From Fibrobacteria bacterium (GTDB taxonomy: Bacteria > Fibrobacterota > Fibrobacteria > UBA11236): a stretch of DNA of 58,734 nucleotides. Shown here one piece after another: positions 7,715 through 17,542 of this stretch. Numbering within the stretch: position 1 is the first letter of the stretch; each line of letters opens with the position of its first letter. Position numbers and translations under genes: made by a program. The DNA lies in NCBI GenBank assembly GCA_050486505.1, contig JBJHDK010000008.1:1-58734 (forward strand), given 5' to 3'. The notes below the pieces were generated by a model. The model did not search any database. It saw only the letters and a program-made list of their open reading frames with translations, and was not told the DNA's origin.

Positions 7715-10240
7715 CTAGATCTTCAACTTCCCCTCGATTCCGAACATCAGGAACAGTCCCAATCCACGGGTCACGACCGGGAACAGTTCCCCATTCTCGG
7801 TATCGCGCGTCCAGCCGCGCCGCCGCTCGTTGCGCCCGCCCAGCATCGATGCCCAGCCTTCGTCGTAGTCCGCGAAGATGTTGTTGGCCTCGAAGAAGAA
7901 ACGCATCGACTCCAGCGGACGCCAGTCGCTCTTCAGGTCGATGTTCACGCGCAGGTCCAGGCGTTGGCGCGAAACGGTGGGGTAGTTCGAGCTTTGGTAC
8001 ACCGCCCGCTGTCCGGTGGAAACGCCATCCACGCCCTCGTCGGGGTTCCACAGGCCGCGATATTCGTAGAGCGGCGCGCCGTTATGGATGCCGTAGGTCA
8101 GGATGAAACTGAAAAGTGAATCATCGCGAGGGAGGAACCGCACGTTCGAGACCAGGTCGAGGGTGCGGTTCGACTCCCAGGGCAGGGTACCGCCGTCGCG
8201 CATGTGGTACTGTCCCTGGATGATCGATGCGTTCATGCCTACGCCCACGTGATGGCCCGGCAGATACGTCAGCGTCAGGTTCGCGCCCTGCACGACGGCA
8301 TGGCTCGCCTCGCGGATTTCCGCGTAGTTCCAGAAGACTTCGGGATCGGGCAAGCTCGGGTTGTCGTACCATCGGGTATATCCGCTCCAGGCATAGCGCA
8401 CCGGTTCTCCGAGGAAACCGTTGCCGCCGAACTTGCCTTCGGCGCTGGGCGTTACCTTGATGCCGAGCCGGTTGTAGCCGGAGGGCTCAAGCACCGCGGA
8501 ATGCCGTCCCGCGACCTCGGCGAAGAGCGTGTGGTCTTCGTGCACGGGGTGTGTGTAGCGAAGCGACGCCATGGGAAGGGGGGGGACGCTTTCCGCGTTT
8601 TCCCCGTTGCGGGGGGCATCCTGCGCCCACGCGACGCCCGCGGAGCTCTCGATGGAACGGCCGCCGCCGAGATTCCAGCGCAGGCGGTAGAGCGCATTGA
8701 CCAAGGTCATGTCGCGCTCGATCTCGCGCTCAGAAACGGGGCCTCCGCCCACATTGGTGCTCGGGTTCCCGTTGGTGTAAAGCGTGCTGTGGTCGCGGAA
8801 GCGGCGCGACTCGCCGGTATATTCGAATTCGATGCCGTAGGAAGGCATCGCGCCCAGGAAGGGTTCGTAAGGGGACCACATGCCCGAGAGAATCACCTGG
8901 CGGTCGCGCCGGTTGCCCTGGCCCAGCCGGAAGAATTTGTCCGACTGTCCGTCCAGTGGGTACCAGCGCCGCTCATCGAAGAACGCTTCCTGATCGTTGA
9001 TGAAAGGCCGGGTCGTGTCGCGGTAGGCATCGCGGTAGTTGCGGTTCAACATCGAGAAACCCCATTCCAGGTCGCCGGTTTCCCGCGGGCGCACGGATTC
9101 GTAGGAGTACAGCCACGCGCCTTGAAAGCCCCTTTGCAGCACCTGCGGGGTCGCTTCGGTCTGTGTGAGCCCCTTGTCCTCGCGGATGGTGTATTCGTCG
9201 TCGAGCACGAGCAGGGTGTGACGCCCGAAGCCTCCCGTGGCGGTGTCGCGCTTGAAGGTGCTGAAGAACAAGTCGCCCGTCGTGAACTCGAGAGGATCCT
9301 CCAACTGTTGGCAGGGGTTCGCATCGGAGCAGGGTTCTCCGCCGGGGTTGATGCGCGCGTCCTTCGGCGTGGTAAAGAAGCGGCGGCCCAATGCTCCGAG
9401 ACCGTTGGGGTCGAGCATGCGAAAACTGGTCACGAAGGTGCGCTCGCCCCAATAGGCGGTGAGATTGAATTCGCGGTTCACCGAACCGAGAACGACATCG
9501 CCGTGGATGGCCTCCGGGTCGCCGTCCTTGAGATCGTACACCAGCGCCGAGGCGTTGCCCTGGTTGAGCGGCCCTCGCGCCATGTTGTCCGCGAGGGTCA
9601 CCGACTTGAGGACCCGCGGATTGAGCACGCTCTGGTTGCCCGGGAAGCCGAAGTCGAGGTGGCGCAGGCTCGGAACGCGGCTGCGTCCCAGGTAGTGGGT
9701 CACATCCTGTGTGCGCGAGCCATGCACCGAAATGTCGCTGGTGAACTCGTTCATGCCCGCCACGCCATGCATCTGTCGAAGGTGGTCGTTGAGGTCCATG
9801 CGCATGCCCTGCATGGCCTCCAGCTCCTCGATGCTTTGGGCCTGGGTCGGATCGATGCGGCGGCGCGGAGCGCGGGCCACGACTTCGTCGAGTTCCTGCA
9901 CCACCGATTCAAGGTAAATGTCCACATCGATGAGTCGGGGCAAGGTGCCGATGTTCAGCTCGTAGTCGCGGTACCCGTCGGCGCGGAACACGATTTCGGC
10001 GCGGCGGTTGTTGACGGTGATCTCGAAGCGCCCCGTGCTCTGGCTGACGCCGAGCGGACGACCGTCGGCCATGGTGATTTCCACCCCGGCGATGGGGTCG
10101 CCGCGCAAGTCGTCGCGGATGACGCCGACGACATTCCAGGTCTGGGCCGCGGCAGGGGAGGCGAGGGCCAGCAGGCCGACGAGAGCAGCGGCCACGGCGG
10201 CGAAGGTTGAATGAAGTGCGTGGGGACGCGCCGTGGGCAT
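7715..10240 (-). CDS. Divergent TonB-dependent receptor-like outer membrane protein with N-terminal carboxypeptidase-regulatory-like domain
   Basis: Signal peptide; VVGVIRDD..GDPIAGVEI; plug-like segment LRQMHGV...ISVHGS...HLDFG...SVLNP; beta-barrel-like C-terminus (LMFGIEGKLKI). Confidence 0.7.
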   Translation of the reverse strand: MPTARPHALHSTFAAVAAALVGLLALASPAAAQTWNVVGVIRDDLRGDPIAGVEITMADGRPLGVSQSTGRFEITVNNRRAEIVFRADGYRDYELNIGTLPRLIDVDIYLESVVQELDEVVARAPRRRIDPTQAQSIEELEAMQGMRMDLNDHLRQMHGVAGMNEFTSDISVHGSRTQDVTHYLGRSRVPSLRHLDFGFPGNQSVLNPRVLKSVTLADNMARGPLNQGNASALVYDLKDGDPEAIHGDVVLGSVNREFNLTAYWGERTFVTSFRMLDPNGLGALGRRFFTTPKDARINPGGEPCSDANPCQQLEDPLEFTTGDLFFSTFKRDTATGGFGRHTLLVLDDEYTIREDKGLTQTEATPQVLQRGFQGAWLYSYESVRPRETGDLEWGFSMLNRNYRDAYRDTTRPFINDQEAFFDERRWYPLDGQSDKFFRLGQGNRRDRQVILSGMWSPYEPFLGAMPSYGIEFEYTGESRRFRDHSTLYTNGNPSTNVGGGPVSEREIERDMTLVNALYRLRWNLGGGRSIESSAGVAWAQDAPRNGENAESVPPLPMASLRYTHPVHEDHTLFAEVAGRHSAVLEPSGYNRLGIKVTPSAEGKFGGNGFLGEPVRYAWSGYTRWYDNPSLPDPEVFWNYAEIREASHAVVQGANLTLTYLPGHHVGVGMNASIIQGQYHMRDGGTLPWESNRTLDLVSNVRFLPRDDSLFSFILTYGIHNGAPLYEYRGLWNPDEGVDGVSTGQRAVYQSSNYPTVSRQRLDLRVNIDLKSDWRPLESMRFFFEANNIFADYDEGWASMLGGRNERRRGWTRDTENGELFPVVTRGLGLFLMFGIEGKLKI

Positions 10241-10377
10241 CAAGCGGGGGACTCCGTTCGGGAAAATTCCGGTACAAACTAGCAAGACGGCCTGCCCGGC
10301 ACCCTGTGCAAGTGCTTCACGCGTCCCCAAATACGGGCATCCGTTCTAGATTTTCCGTTTCAGGAGAAAACCCCGCC

Positions 10378-11658
10378 ATGCTCGATCCGAAACTGTACCG
10401 CGACAATCCCGACCTGGTCCGCGAGGGCCTTCGCCGCAGGGGGGCGTCCTTCGACCTCGACGGCCTGCTGCGGCTCGACAGGGAGAAGCGCGAGCTCGGC
10501 GTGGAGCTCGAGGGCCTGAAGGCCGCGCGCAACGCGGCCTCCGAGTCGATCGCCAAGCTCAAGCGCGCCGGGCAGGACGCATCGTCGGCCATCGAGGAAA
10601 CGCGCGTCACGGGCGACAGGATCAAGGAACTGCAGGCGAAATACGACGCCGTTGAGCGGGCTGCGCTCGACTTGGCCTTGCTCTGCCCCAACCTCCCGCA
10701 CGAATCCGTCCCCGACGGCAAGTCCTCGGCCGACAATCGCGTGGCGGCGACTTGGGGAGAACCCGCCGCGAACCGAGACGTGCCGGACCATCTCGAGATC
10801 GGCGCGAAGCTGGGATTGTTCGATTTCGAGCGCGGCGCGAAAATCTCGGGGAGCGGGTTTCCGATCTACACCGGTGCCGGCGCGCGGCTGGAGCGCGCCC
10901 TGATCAACTTCTTCCTCGACACGCACACCCAAAAATTCGGGTTCACCGAAGTGTCCCCCCCGTACCTCGTGACACGCGAGACCATGACCGGCACGGGCCA
11001 GCTTCCCAAGTTCGAAGAGGACATGTACCGCTGCGACGGCGAATCGAGCGAGCGAGACCTCTTCCTCGTGCCCACTGCCGAGGTGCCGGTGACCAACATG
11101 CATGCCGGAGAGATCCTCGACGAGTCGACGCTCCCCCGTTCTTATTGCGCCTATACGGCATGCTTCCGCCGCGAGGCGGGCTCATGGGGGGCTGACACGC
11201 GCGGATTTTTGCGCCTGCACCAGTTCAACAAGGTGGAGATGGTCACGTTCGCCTCCCCCGACAAGTCGTGGGAGGCGCTCGAAGCTTTGCGGGGTCATGC
11301 GGAGGAACTCCTGCGCATGCTCGAACTGCCCTACCGCGTGCTGGAGCTGTGCGCGGGCGACATGGGTTTCGGCGCAGCCAAGTGCTACGACCTCGAGGTG
11401 TGGGCACCGGCGGAAAAGAAATGGCTCGAGGTTTCGTCCTGCTCCAACTTTCTCGACTTTCAGGCGCGTCGCGCCAACATCCGGTGCAAGGCGGGGGGTA
11501 AACCCCGCTTGGTCCATACCCTGAACGGGTCCGGCCTGGCGACCCCGCGCGTGCTGGCCTCGTTTCTGGAAACCCATTTCACGGAGCGGGGCACGGTGCG
11601 CATTCCCGCTGCCTTGCGTCCCTGGATGGGCGGCCTCGAGGAAGTCGCTCCGGCATGA
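10378..11658 (+). CDS. serS: Seryl-tRNA synthetase
   Basis: MLDPK start; GTGQLPKF, PTAEVP, FRREAG, LHQFNKVE, EVSSCSN, HTLNGSGLA. Confidence 0.97.
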   Translation: MLDPKLYRDNPDLVREGLRRRGASFDLDGLLRLDREKRELGVELEGLKAARNAASESIAKLKRAGQDASSAIEETRVTGDRIKELQAKYDAVERAALDLALLCPNLPHESVPDGKSSADNRVAATWGEPAANRDVPDHLEIGAKLGLFDFERGAKISGSGFPIYTGAGARLERALINFFLDTHTQKFGFTEVSPPYLVTRETMTGTGQLPKFEEDMYRCDGESSERDLFLVPTAEVPVTNMHAGEILDESTLPRSYCAYTACFRREAGSWGADTRGFLRLHQFNKVEMVTFASPDKSWEALEALRGHAEELLRMLELPYRVLELCAGDMGFGAAKCYDLEVWAPAEKKWLEVSSCSNFLDFQARRANIRCKAGGKPRLVHTLNGSGLATPRVLASFLETHFTERGTVRIPAALRPWMGGLEEVAPA

Positions 11659-13265
11659 ACGGTTTTTCCTTCCCGCCGGGGAATCCACCCAGGAAGCTGT
11701 TGTGGCTTGACGCGGAGATCGAGTTTCTCCGCGCGCACATCCGTTTTCTGGAGTCCAACGGTTTCAGGGTCGATGGCGTGTCGTCGCTCTCCGACGTGTT
11801 GCACCTGATGCAATTACCCGATTGCGACTACGATGTCGTCGTTCTGGACGAGCAAACGCTGGGCAAGGAAGGCGCTTCGACGGTGGAGCGCGTGCGCAGG
11901 CACTGCCCGCATCGTGTCCCCCTCTTGCTGGTTTCAAAGGGGGACGAGACGCGCGCGGCCTCCTCCGAGCGGGGCAAGGATGCCGACGGGTTCATCGGCA
12001 AGCCCGTCAATCCGAGACAGATGCTGACGTCGTGTCGGTCGGCGCTGCTGGCGCGCGCGGAGAGGTCCGATCCCGTGACGGCCGCCTACGTTCGTTCGCG
12101 CGGGGAAATCCGTTCGACCTTGCTCGCGACTCCATCGCCCTCGCGCTGGGAGAAGATCCATTTCCAGATCAGCCGATGGGACGATCAGGTGGACGCTTCG
12201 CGCGACGAGGCCCTCCAGGAGACCCACGCGGAACACAAGCGCACGCTTTCCCGCGAGTTCCTGGCCTGGACCGAAAACCATTATACGGAGTGGGTGGGGC
12301 GCCGCGGGGGAAACCCCGACCTGCACCTGTATTCGTTGCGACGCAAGCTGCAGCCGGTGCTTCAAGCCGGCGGGCCGGCGGCGCTGGTGGTGCTCTCGGG
12401 GCTGCGCTTCGACCAGTGGCACCTGATGCAGAAGGATGTCGGGGCGTGGTTTCGCGTGGAGAATGCAGCGGCTTGGGCGCTTTTGCCCACTGAGCGGGAT
12501 TTTTGCCGCACGGCCCTCTTCTCCGGCCTGCTCCCGCGCGATGTGGCGCTGGATCAACCGACATTGTGGGCCCGCCTGCGCGAAGGCGGCGACGAGGCGG
12601 CTTGCCTGCGCGAGCTGTTGCGCGTGCACCTGCGTCGACTCGGGTCGGATATCGATGATCCCCGCATTTTTTCCATCGACACGCGCGCGGCTTGCAAGGA
12701 ACTTCCGAAGACATTGGCGGAGAATGCCGATGCGCGCCTTGTGGTGGTGGTGATCGAGTTGCTCGATCTGTTGAGGCCCGAGCATCCCGATGCTTGCGTG
12801 CCGATGGCGCCGGGAATGTCCGAGGCCGCGGTGCGCGCGGCCGCGGTGGAGACGTTCAGAAGCTGCGGCATCGGGGACTCCCTGAAGGCGCTGGCCGATC
12901 AGGGGCGCACGGTCGTGCTCACGGCCGATCACGGATCCGTGCGGGCCGATACGCCCGCCGAGGTTTTTTGCCAGGAAGAGCAGTCCGCCCACCCGCGCGT
13001 GAAGATCGGCCCCAACATCTCGTGCGACGAGCGCCAAGCCCTGTTCGTGGAGGCACCCGAGCGTTTCGGTCTTCCGGGCGAGGAAGGGGACACTGCGTAT
13101 GCCATCGCGAAGGATCGTTTCTACTTCGTGTACCCCAACAAATACCAGTACTTCGTGACACCTTACAAGGATCGCATGGTGACCGGTGGCCTGTCGATGG
13201 ACGAGGTGATCGTGCCGCTGGCGACGTTGACGCCCCTGCCGGCGGCGCAGCCTCCGGCAGGGTAA
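11655..13265 (+). CDS. PorX-like response regulator: receiver domain plus PglZ (alkaline phosphatase-fold) domain, degenerate
   Basis: Receiver (LLWLDAEI, VVVLDEQ, IGKPVNP) and PglZ-like LRFDQW, LPT, TADHG, FVYPN, GGLSMDEVIVP; directly upstream of tsaE, as porX is in Bacteroidota. Confidence 0.8.
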   Translation: MNGFSFPPGNPPRKLLWLDAEIEFLRAHIRFLESNGFRVDGVSSLSDVLHLMQLPDCDYDVVVLDEQTLGKEGASTVERVRRHCPHRVPLLLVSKGDETRAASSERGKDADGFIGKPVNPRQMLTSCRSALLARAERSDPVTAAYVRSRGEIRSTLLATPSPSRWEKIHFQISRWDDQVDASRDEALQETHAEHKRTLSREFLAWTENHYTEWVGRRGGNPDLHLYSLRRKLQPVLQAGGPAALVVLSGLRFDQWHLMQKDVGAWFRVENAAAWALLPTERDFCRTALFSGLLPRDVALDQPTLWARLREGGDEAACLRELLRVHLRRLGSDIDDPRIFSIDTRAACKELPKTLAENADARLVVVVIELLDLLRPEHPDACVPMAPGMSEAAVRAAAVETFRSCGIGDSLKALADQGRTVVLTADHGSVRADTPAEVFCQEEQSAHPRVKIGPNISCDERQALFVEAPERFGLPGEEGDTAYAIAKDRFYFVYPNKYQYFVTPYKDRMVTGGLSMDEVIVPLATLTPLPAAQPPAG

Positions 13266-13306
13266 GGGCGAGCCATGGCTCGCCCGTACAGCGGCACGAT
13301 CCGGAC

Positions 13307-13786
13307 ATGACGAATCTCATCTCACGCTCCGAAGACGAAACCCTGGCGATCGCCGCGGAGTTCGCCGCGACTCTCAAGGCGGGGGACGCGGTGGCGTTGC
13401 ACGGTGATTTGGGGGCGGGGAAAACCCTGTTCTCGCGCGGCGTGGCGCGAGCCCTGGGTTACGACGGGCCGGTGAGTTCGCCCAGCTATGCACTGGTTCA
13501 CGAGTATTCAGGCCGCGTTCCGGTGTACCACATGGACCTCTACCGCCTCGCGCCCGGTTCCGACTGGGAGGAGATCGGTCTCGCGCACTATCTCGACCCT
13601 TCGACCAGCTCAGGGGGGGCCGGGCGTGGGATTTGTCTGGTGGAGTGGCCGGAGCGGCTGCCCCCGGCCCTCACCGGGGTTGGCCCCGGTGCCTTTGCCG
13701 GGCCGGGTTCCCGCAGAAATCTCTTCACGCATTCGGTGACGCTGGAGCACGCGGGGGAGACGGAGCGACGGATCGTGATCGAATAG
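13307..13786 (+). CDS. tsaE: tRNA threonylcarbamoyladenosine biosynthesis ATPase
   Basis: GDLGAGKT, SSPSY, HMDLYRL, LVEWPE. Confidence 0.95.
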   Translation: MTNLISRSEDETLAIAAEFAATLKAGDAVALHGDLGAGKTLFSRGVARALGYDGPVSSPSYALVHEYSGRVPVYHMDLYRLAPGSDWEEIGLAHYLDPSTSSGGAGRGICLVEWPERLPPALTGVGPGAFAGPGSRRNLFTHSVTLEHAGETERRIVIE

Positions 13787-13803
13787 TCCGCCGCGGCCGT
13801 CCC

Positions 13804-14244
13804 CTATTCCACTCCCAGCGCGCGTTTGGCCGAGTCGAGCCAGCGCTGCTCATCGGCGCGCAGCAGGCCGCGGAAGGTCGCCGCTTCGATCTCCGCGCGC
13901 ACCCCGGCCGAGTCACCCGCCGCGAGGCGGGCGCGCAGCAGGCCCACGAGCCTGCGCTCCTCGTCTTCAAGCTCCGCGATCGCGAACAACCGCTCGTACA
14001 GGACACTGTCATCGCGCGCCGTCAGGTATGAGGCCGTTTTCAACTCTTCGTACAACTTCGCTGCCGCACGCAGGTCACCGGCCTGGTAGAGGCTGTCGGC
14101 CTCGGCGAAACGATCCACCGAACTGCGCTTCTGGTACTGGTAATAGAACGTGAATCCTCCCACGAGCGCGAGCAGGCCCAGGCCGATGATCCAGTCCCAC
14201 ACGGCCGACTTCTTCTTCTCTTCTTCGTTTTCCAGAAAGCTCAT
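13804..14244 (-). CDS. Hypothetical single-pass membrane protein with TPR-like helices
   Basis: N-terminal TM helix (WIIGLGLLALVGGFTFYY), then FAEADSLYQAGDLRAAAKLY. Confidence 0.7.
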   Translation of the reverse strand: MSFLENEEEKKKSAVWDWIIGLGLLALVGGFTFYYQYQKRSSVDRFAEADSLYQAGDLRAAAKLYEELKTASYLTARDDSVLYERLFAIAELEDEERRLVGLLRARLAAGDSAGVRAEIEAATFRGLLRADEQRWLDSAKRALGVE

Positions 14245-14345
14245 GAGGCGCCTCCATTGCGAGAATCACCGGGAAATGCCCCCGAGAGGCCGCGGCGAAC
14301 GCGGCAAAGTGTAGCCATTGTCCTCGGCATCCGGAACGCCCCCCT

Positions 14346-15212
14346 TCAGGGGCGCTCACGCAGGTGCGTGTAAACCTTGGCGCGCCAACCCGCGAGGCGC
14401 GGCCTGCGCCAGTGTCGCCATGCCCTGCGCCCGAGCCTGACCGCGGGAAATGCCAAAACGAGGCGAACCCCGAACATTGCAAGGGTCAGCGCGGAGAACC
14501 CCCCGTCCAAACGGATTTTGAAGGAGGGGTGGCGATCCTGAAAACGGAAGCCGAGCGCCGCCCGGCGCGTCTTGAGAAGGGGACGGATGGCGTACCACTT
14601 GCCGGCGGTGCGCCCGAGAAATGCCGGATCAGGGTGGCCGATCGCAGCCGCGACGCGCGGGTCGAGCAGGCGAAACGTGAGAACCGCAGCGCGAACTCCG
14701 TAGTCGCGCGTCCATGCCCACACATCGGAGTCGGTTGCCAGCAGGAACAACATGCGCATGCGCCGCTCACGCCGCGACAATTCCGCGGGCGGTGATGATC
14801 CAGGTGTCTGCCGTTCGGTCTCCGGCGCGGGCTGTTCCGAAGCCGTCGCTTCCGGAGTTTCGGCGCGCGGTCGTTCATGGGAGGTTTCGGGGGTCGCTCC
14901 CCGTGGTCGTCCCGCCGGCGGGGGAGGCGGTGTGGGCCTCGCGTGTTCCGGGGGAGCGGGCTCCGGTTGCGCGGAAGGCCGCGCATCCTCCCGGTTTTCC
15001 GCCGCCTCGCGCGGCGGGAGCTCCCACGCGCGTTTGACGCCAGGGAAACGGAACTCCACCCGCGCCGCCATGCTCCCGCGGCTGGCATCGACGCGGCCGG
15101 TCCACATGCCCTCCGCCTCGAACCGGTAGCGCAGGCGCGCCGCGGCAAGCAAGAGCGCGAGAAGGCCCGCGAAGGTGAAAAGGACGGTGAGAACCCAGGC
15201 CCAGGCCGGCAT
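14346..15212 (-). CDS. Hypothetical membrane-anchored protein with a Pro/Glu-rich linker
   Basis: N-terminal TM segment and low-complexity centre; co-oriented with the mlaC-like gene. Confidence 0.6.
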   Translation of the reverse strand: MPAWAWVLTVLFTFAGLLALLLAAARLRYRFEAEGMWTGRVDASRGSMAARVEFRFPGVKRAWELPPREAAENREDARPSAQPEPAPPEHARPTPPPPPAGRPRGATPETSHERPRAETPEATASEQPAPETERQTPGSSPPAELSRRERRMRMLFLLATDSDVWAWTRDYGVRAAVLTFRLLDPRVAAAIGHPDPAFLGRTAGKWYAIRPLLKTRRAALGFRFQDRHPSFKIRLDGGFSALTLAMFGVRLVLAFPAVRLGRRAWRHWRRPRLAGWRAKVYTHLRERP

Positions 15213-15230
15213 GGGGAAACGTGACGGGCG

Positions 15231-15896
15231 CTAGGGCGTCGCCGCGCCGGCTCCCGTGCGTTCCGATTTGGCCTTGACGTTGTCGGTGGCGACGGGTTGC
15301 GCCGTGGTGCCGGCATCGTCGCGCGCGCGGTCCTCGAGGCGGCGGATCAGTTCTTCGTAGTCGTTGTCCTGGAGAATGCGCCGGAACTGGTCGCCATAGT
15401 TGCGCGCCGTGCTCAGGTCGTCGAGGATGAGATCCCAGGCGCGCCATTCCCCTTCGCGCAACTGCAGGCGATACACGGCGATCGACTCCACGCCCTTCGA
15501 GAAGACATGCGCCGTGACGGTGGCGCGGTCGTCCTCGATTTCGGGAGGCTGATAACGCGTCGAGTCGCTGGAGTAGGCTTCGAGGCGCTTTACCGACGAG
15601 TTCTCGACCATGGAGCGGAAGGCCTTCACGAAGCGCTCCTGCTGCGCTTCGGTCATCCGCCGCCAGTGCGTGGGGCCAAGCGCGCGGCGCCCGAGTTCGC
15701 CGAAGTCGAAGATTCCGTTGATGAGCTCCTTCACCCGTTCGGTCTGGTCGCCCACGTTCGGGTCGCGCAACAGGATCTGGAGCTCCGTGTCCTGGTCCCG
15801 GATCATTTCGACCGGGTCCGGAGCGGCCCACGCGGCTCCGGCGACACCCATCAGGGTCGCCATCAACATCGCAGGCAGTTTTTTCGTGATGTTCAT
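15231..15896 (-). CDS. MlaC/Ttg2D-family periplasmic lipid-binding protein
   Basis: FDFGELGRRALG.HW, QQERFV..F, WRAWDL...STARNYGDQF...LIRRL. Confidence 0.85.
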   Translation of the reverse strand: MNITKKLPAMLMATLMGVAGAAWAAPDPVEMIRDQDTELQILLRDPNVGDQTERVKELINGIFDFGELGRRALGPTHWRRMTEAQQERFVKAFRSMVENSSVKRLEAYSSDSTRYQPPEIEDDRATVTAHVFSKGVESIAVYRLQLREGEWRAWDLILDDLSTARNYGDQFRRILQDNDYEELIRRLEDRARDDAGTTAQPVATDNVKAKSERTGAGAATP

Positions 15897-17392
15897 CGCG
15901 GCTCCTCCGCGGCGCTTCCGCCGTGGTTCAAGCTACCAAGGTAGTCGGAGAGCGTCCATCCGGTCTCCCTGAAGAGTCGGGCCACGGCGACGTTGTAGGC
16001 CAGCACCGCGCGATAAAAGTCGCGCTTTGCGACCAACGACTGCCGGAACGGGGCGATCATGCCCGGTGCTTCGGACGGGTCGAGGTCATAGGCCATGGAC
16101 GCGCCACGCAACCAGGCATCGGCGGCGCGCAGTGCTTTTTGTGCTTCCTCCACGTCGTCGCGTGCCGTCATCGCGCGCAGGTAGGCGTCCTCCACCCGCA
16201 GCAACACGCCACGGGCGGCATAAACCTCCGTGCGCTCGAGCTGGCGCAGTTCGAGGCGTTCCTTGCGGTAGCTTTGTTGCCGCTGCCAGAAATTGAGGCG
16301 CAGGCGCATGCCCAGACCGCCCGCTCCCGTCAGCTCGTTGAGGGGGTCGCGCGCGAACGGGTCGCTGGTTCCGGTTTGCCGGTCCGAGGACCACGATTTG
16401 GTGTACTGGAAGCTGCCGAAGAGAAAAATGTCGGGTCCGATCTCGCCTTGCGCGACCTTGAGAAGTTCCTGGCGGGCGGCCAGGCCGTTGCGCAGGCGCG
16501 AGAGATCCGGGTGCCCGCGCAGGGCGGCCAGGCGCAGGGTATCGAGGTGCGGAATCCGTTCTTGACGGACGGTGAGCACGCTGTCGGCCAGCACCGGCTC
16601 GATGTCGTCGGGAAGCATCAGCATGAAGCGCAGCGAAAGCGCTGTGCGGCGCTCCCCGAGCACGGCCTCGTTCCATCCCTGGTCGAGCGAATAACGACCG
16701 GCCCGCAGCTGCAGCAGGTCGGTTTGGCTGACGCTTTCGTCCCCGTCGTCGAGCAGGTCGGAGATGCGGCGCTGGGCGCGGTCAAGGTCACGGCGCGCTT
16801 CGTCCAGCTCGCGATGCATGGTCAGGGCGTAGAGTCGCTGGAAGTAGATCTCCTGCGCTTCTTCCGAGACCGCGATCTGTTCTTTTTTGAACTCCGCTTC
16901 CGTCACGCGCACGCGGAGGTTCGCGGCGCGCCGTCCCGCGCGGTAACGCGCAAAGTTCAAAGGTTGAACGATATTCCCCTGGATGCCGAAATACGGGCCC
17001 CACTCGCCGAGGTCGTAGCGGCGACGGGTCTCGAAATAAGGGTCTGGGTTTGCGCCGAAGCGTTGCAACGTATCGCGCACCACTTCCCGGATTCCCGGCG
17101 CGGGACCGACCCCGGTTTCGAGGTCGAAACGGGGCAGGATGACACCCATGTCGACATCGCGTACCCGCTCGCGAGCCTTGTCGATGTCGAGTTCCTTCTC
17201 CGCCAGCACGGGATGATCCGCTAGGGCGATCCGTTCGAGATCGGCCAAGGTCAGTCGTGGTTGCGCGGGAGGCGCGAGTCCGGCGTCGTCGGCTTCCACC
17301 GCGTCCTGCGCGTGCGCGGATCCGGCGCACAAGGCAAGGATCAGCGCCGCAGTGAGCAGCGAGACGGGGGAAGTGTGGGTGCGAAAGGGCAT
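15893..17392 (-). CDS. TolC-family outer membrane channel
   Basis: Signal peptide; LTLADLERIALADHP; duplicated helical repeat (ALRGHPDL); YNVAVARL C-terminus. Confidence 0.85.
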   Translation of the reverse strand: MPFRTHTSPVSLLTAALILALCAGSAHAQDAVEADDAGLAPPAQPRLTLADLERIALADHPVLAEKELDIDKARERVRDVDMGVILPRFDLETGVGPAPGIREVVRDTLQRFGANPDPYFETRRRYDLGEWGPYFGIQGNIVQPLNFARYRAGRRAANLRVRVTEAEFKKEQIAVSEEAQEIYFQRLYALTMHRELDEARRDLDRAQRRISDLLDDGDESVSQTDLLQLRAGRYSLDQGWNEAVLGERRTALSLRFMLMLPDDIEPVLADSVLTVRQERIPHLDTLRLAALRGHPDLSRLRNGLAARQELLKVAQGEIGPDIFLFGSFQYTKSWSSDRQTGTSDPFARDPLNELTGAGGLGMRLRLNFWQRQQSYRKERLELRQLERTEVYAARGVLLRVEDAYLRAMTARDDVEEAQKALRAADAWLRGASMAYDLDPSEAPGMIAPFRQSLVAKRDFYRAVLAYNVAVARLFRETGWTLSDYLGSLNHGGSAAEEPR

Positions 17393-17542
17393 TAAGGACG
17401 TTTGAAACGTGCGGATTCGCGCGGAAACGCGGTGCATCGGGGCACAAATCTAGTTATCGCCCCCGTCAGGGAATGCCGGATGCCGCCGGGGTCGCGATGA
17501 ACCTGTCGCGGGAGAGCGCGGAAAACGCTATATACATGCGAG

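Noticed and set aside
8204..10210. 668-aa plus-strand ORF
   Set aside because: Antisense to the receptor gene; no recognisable features.
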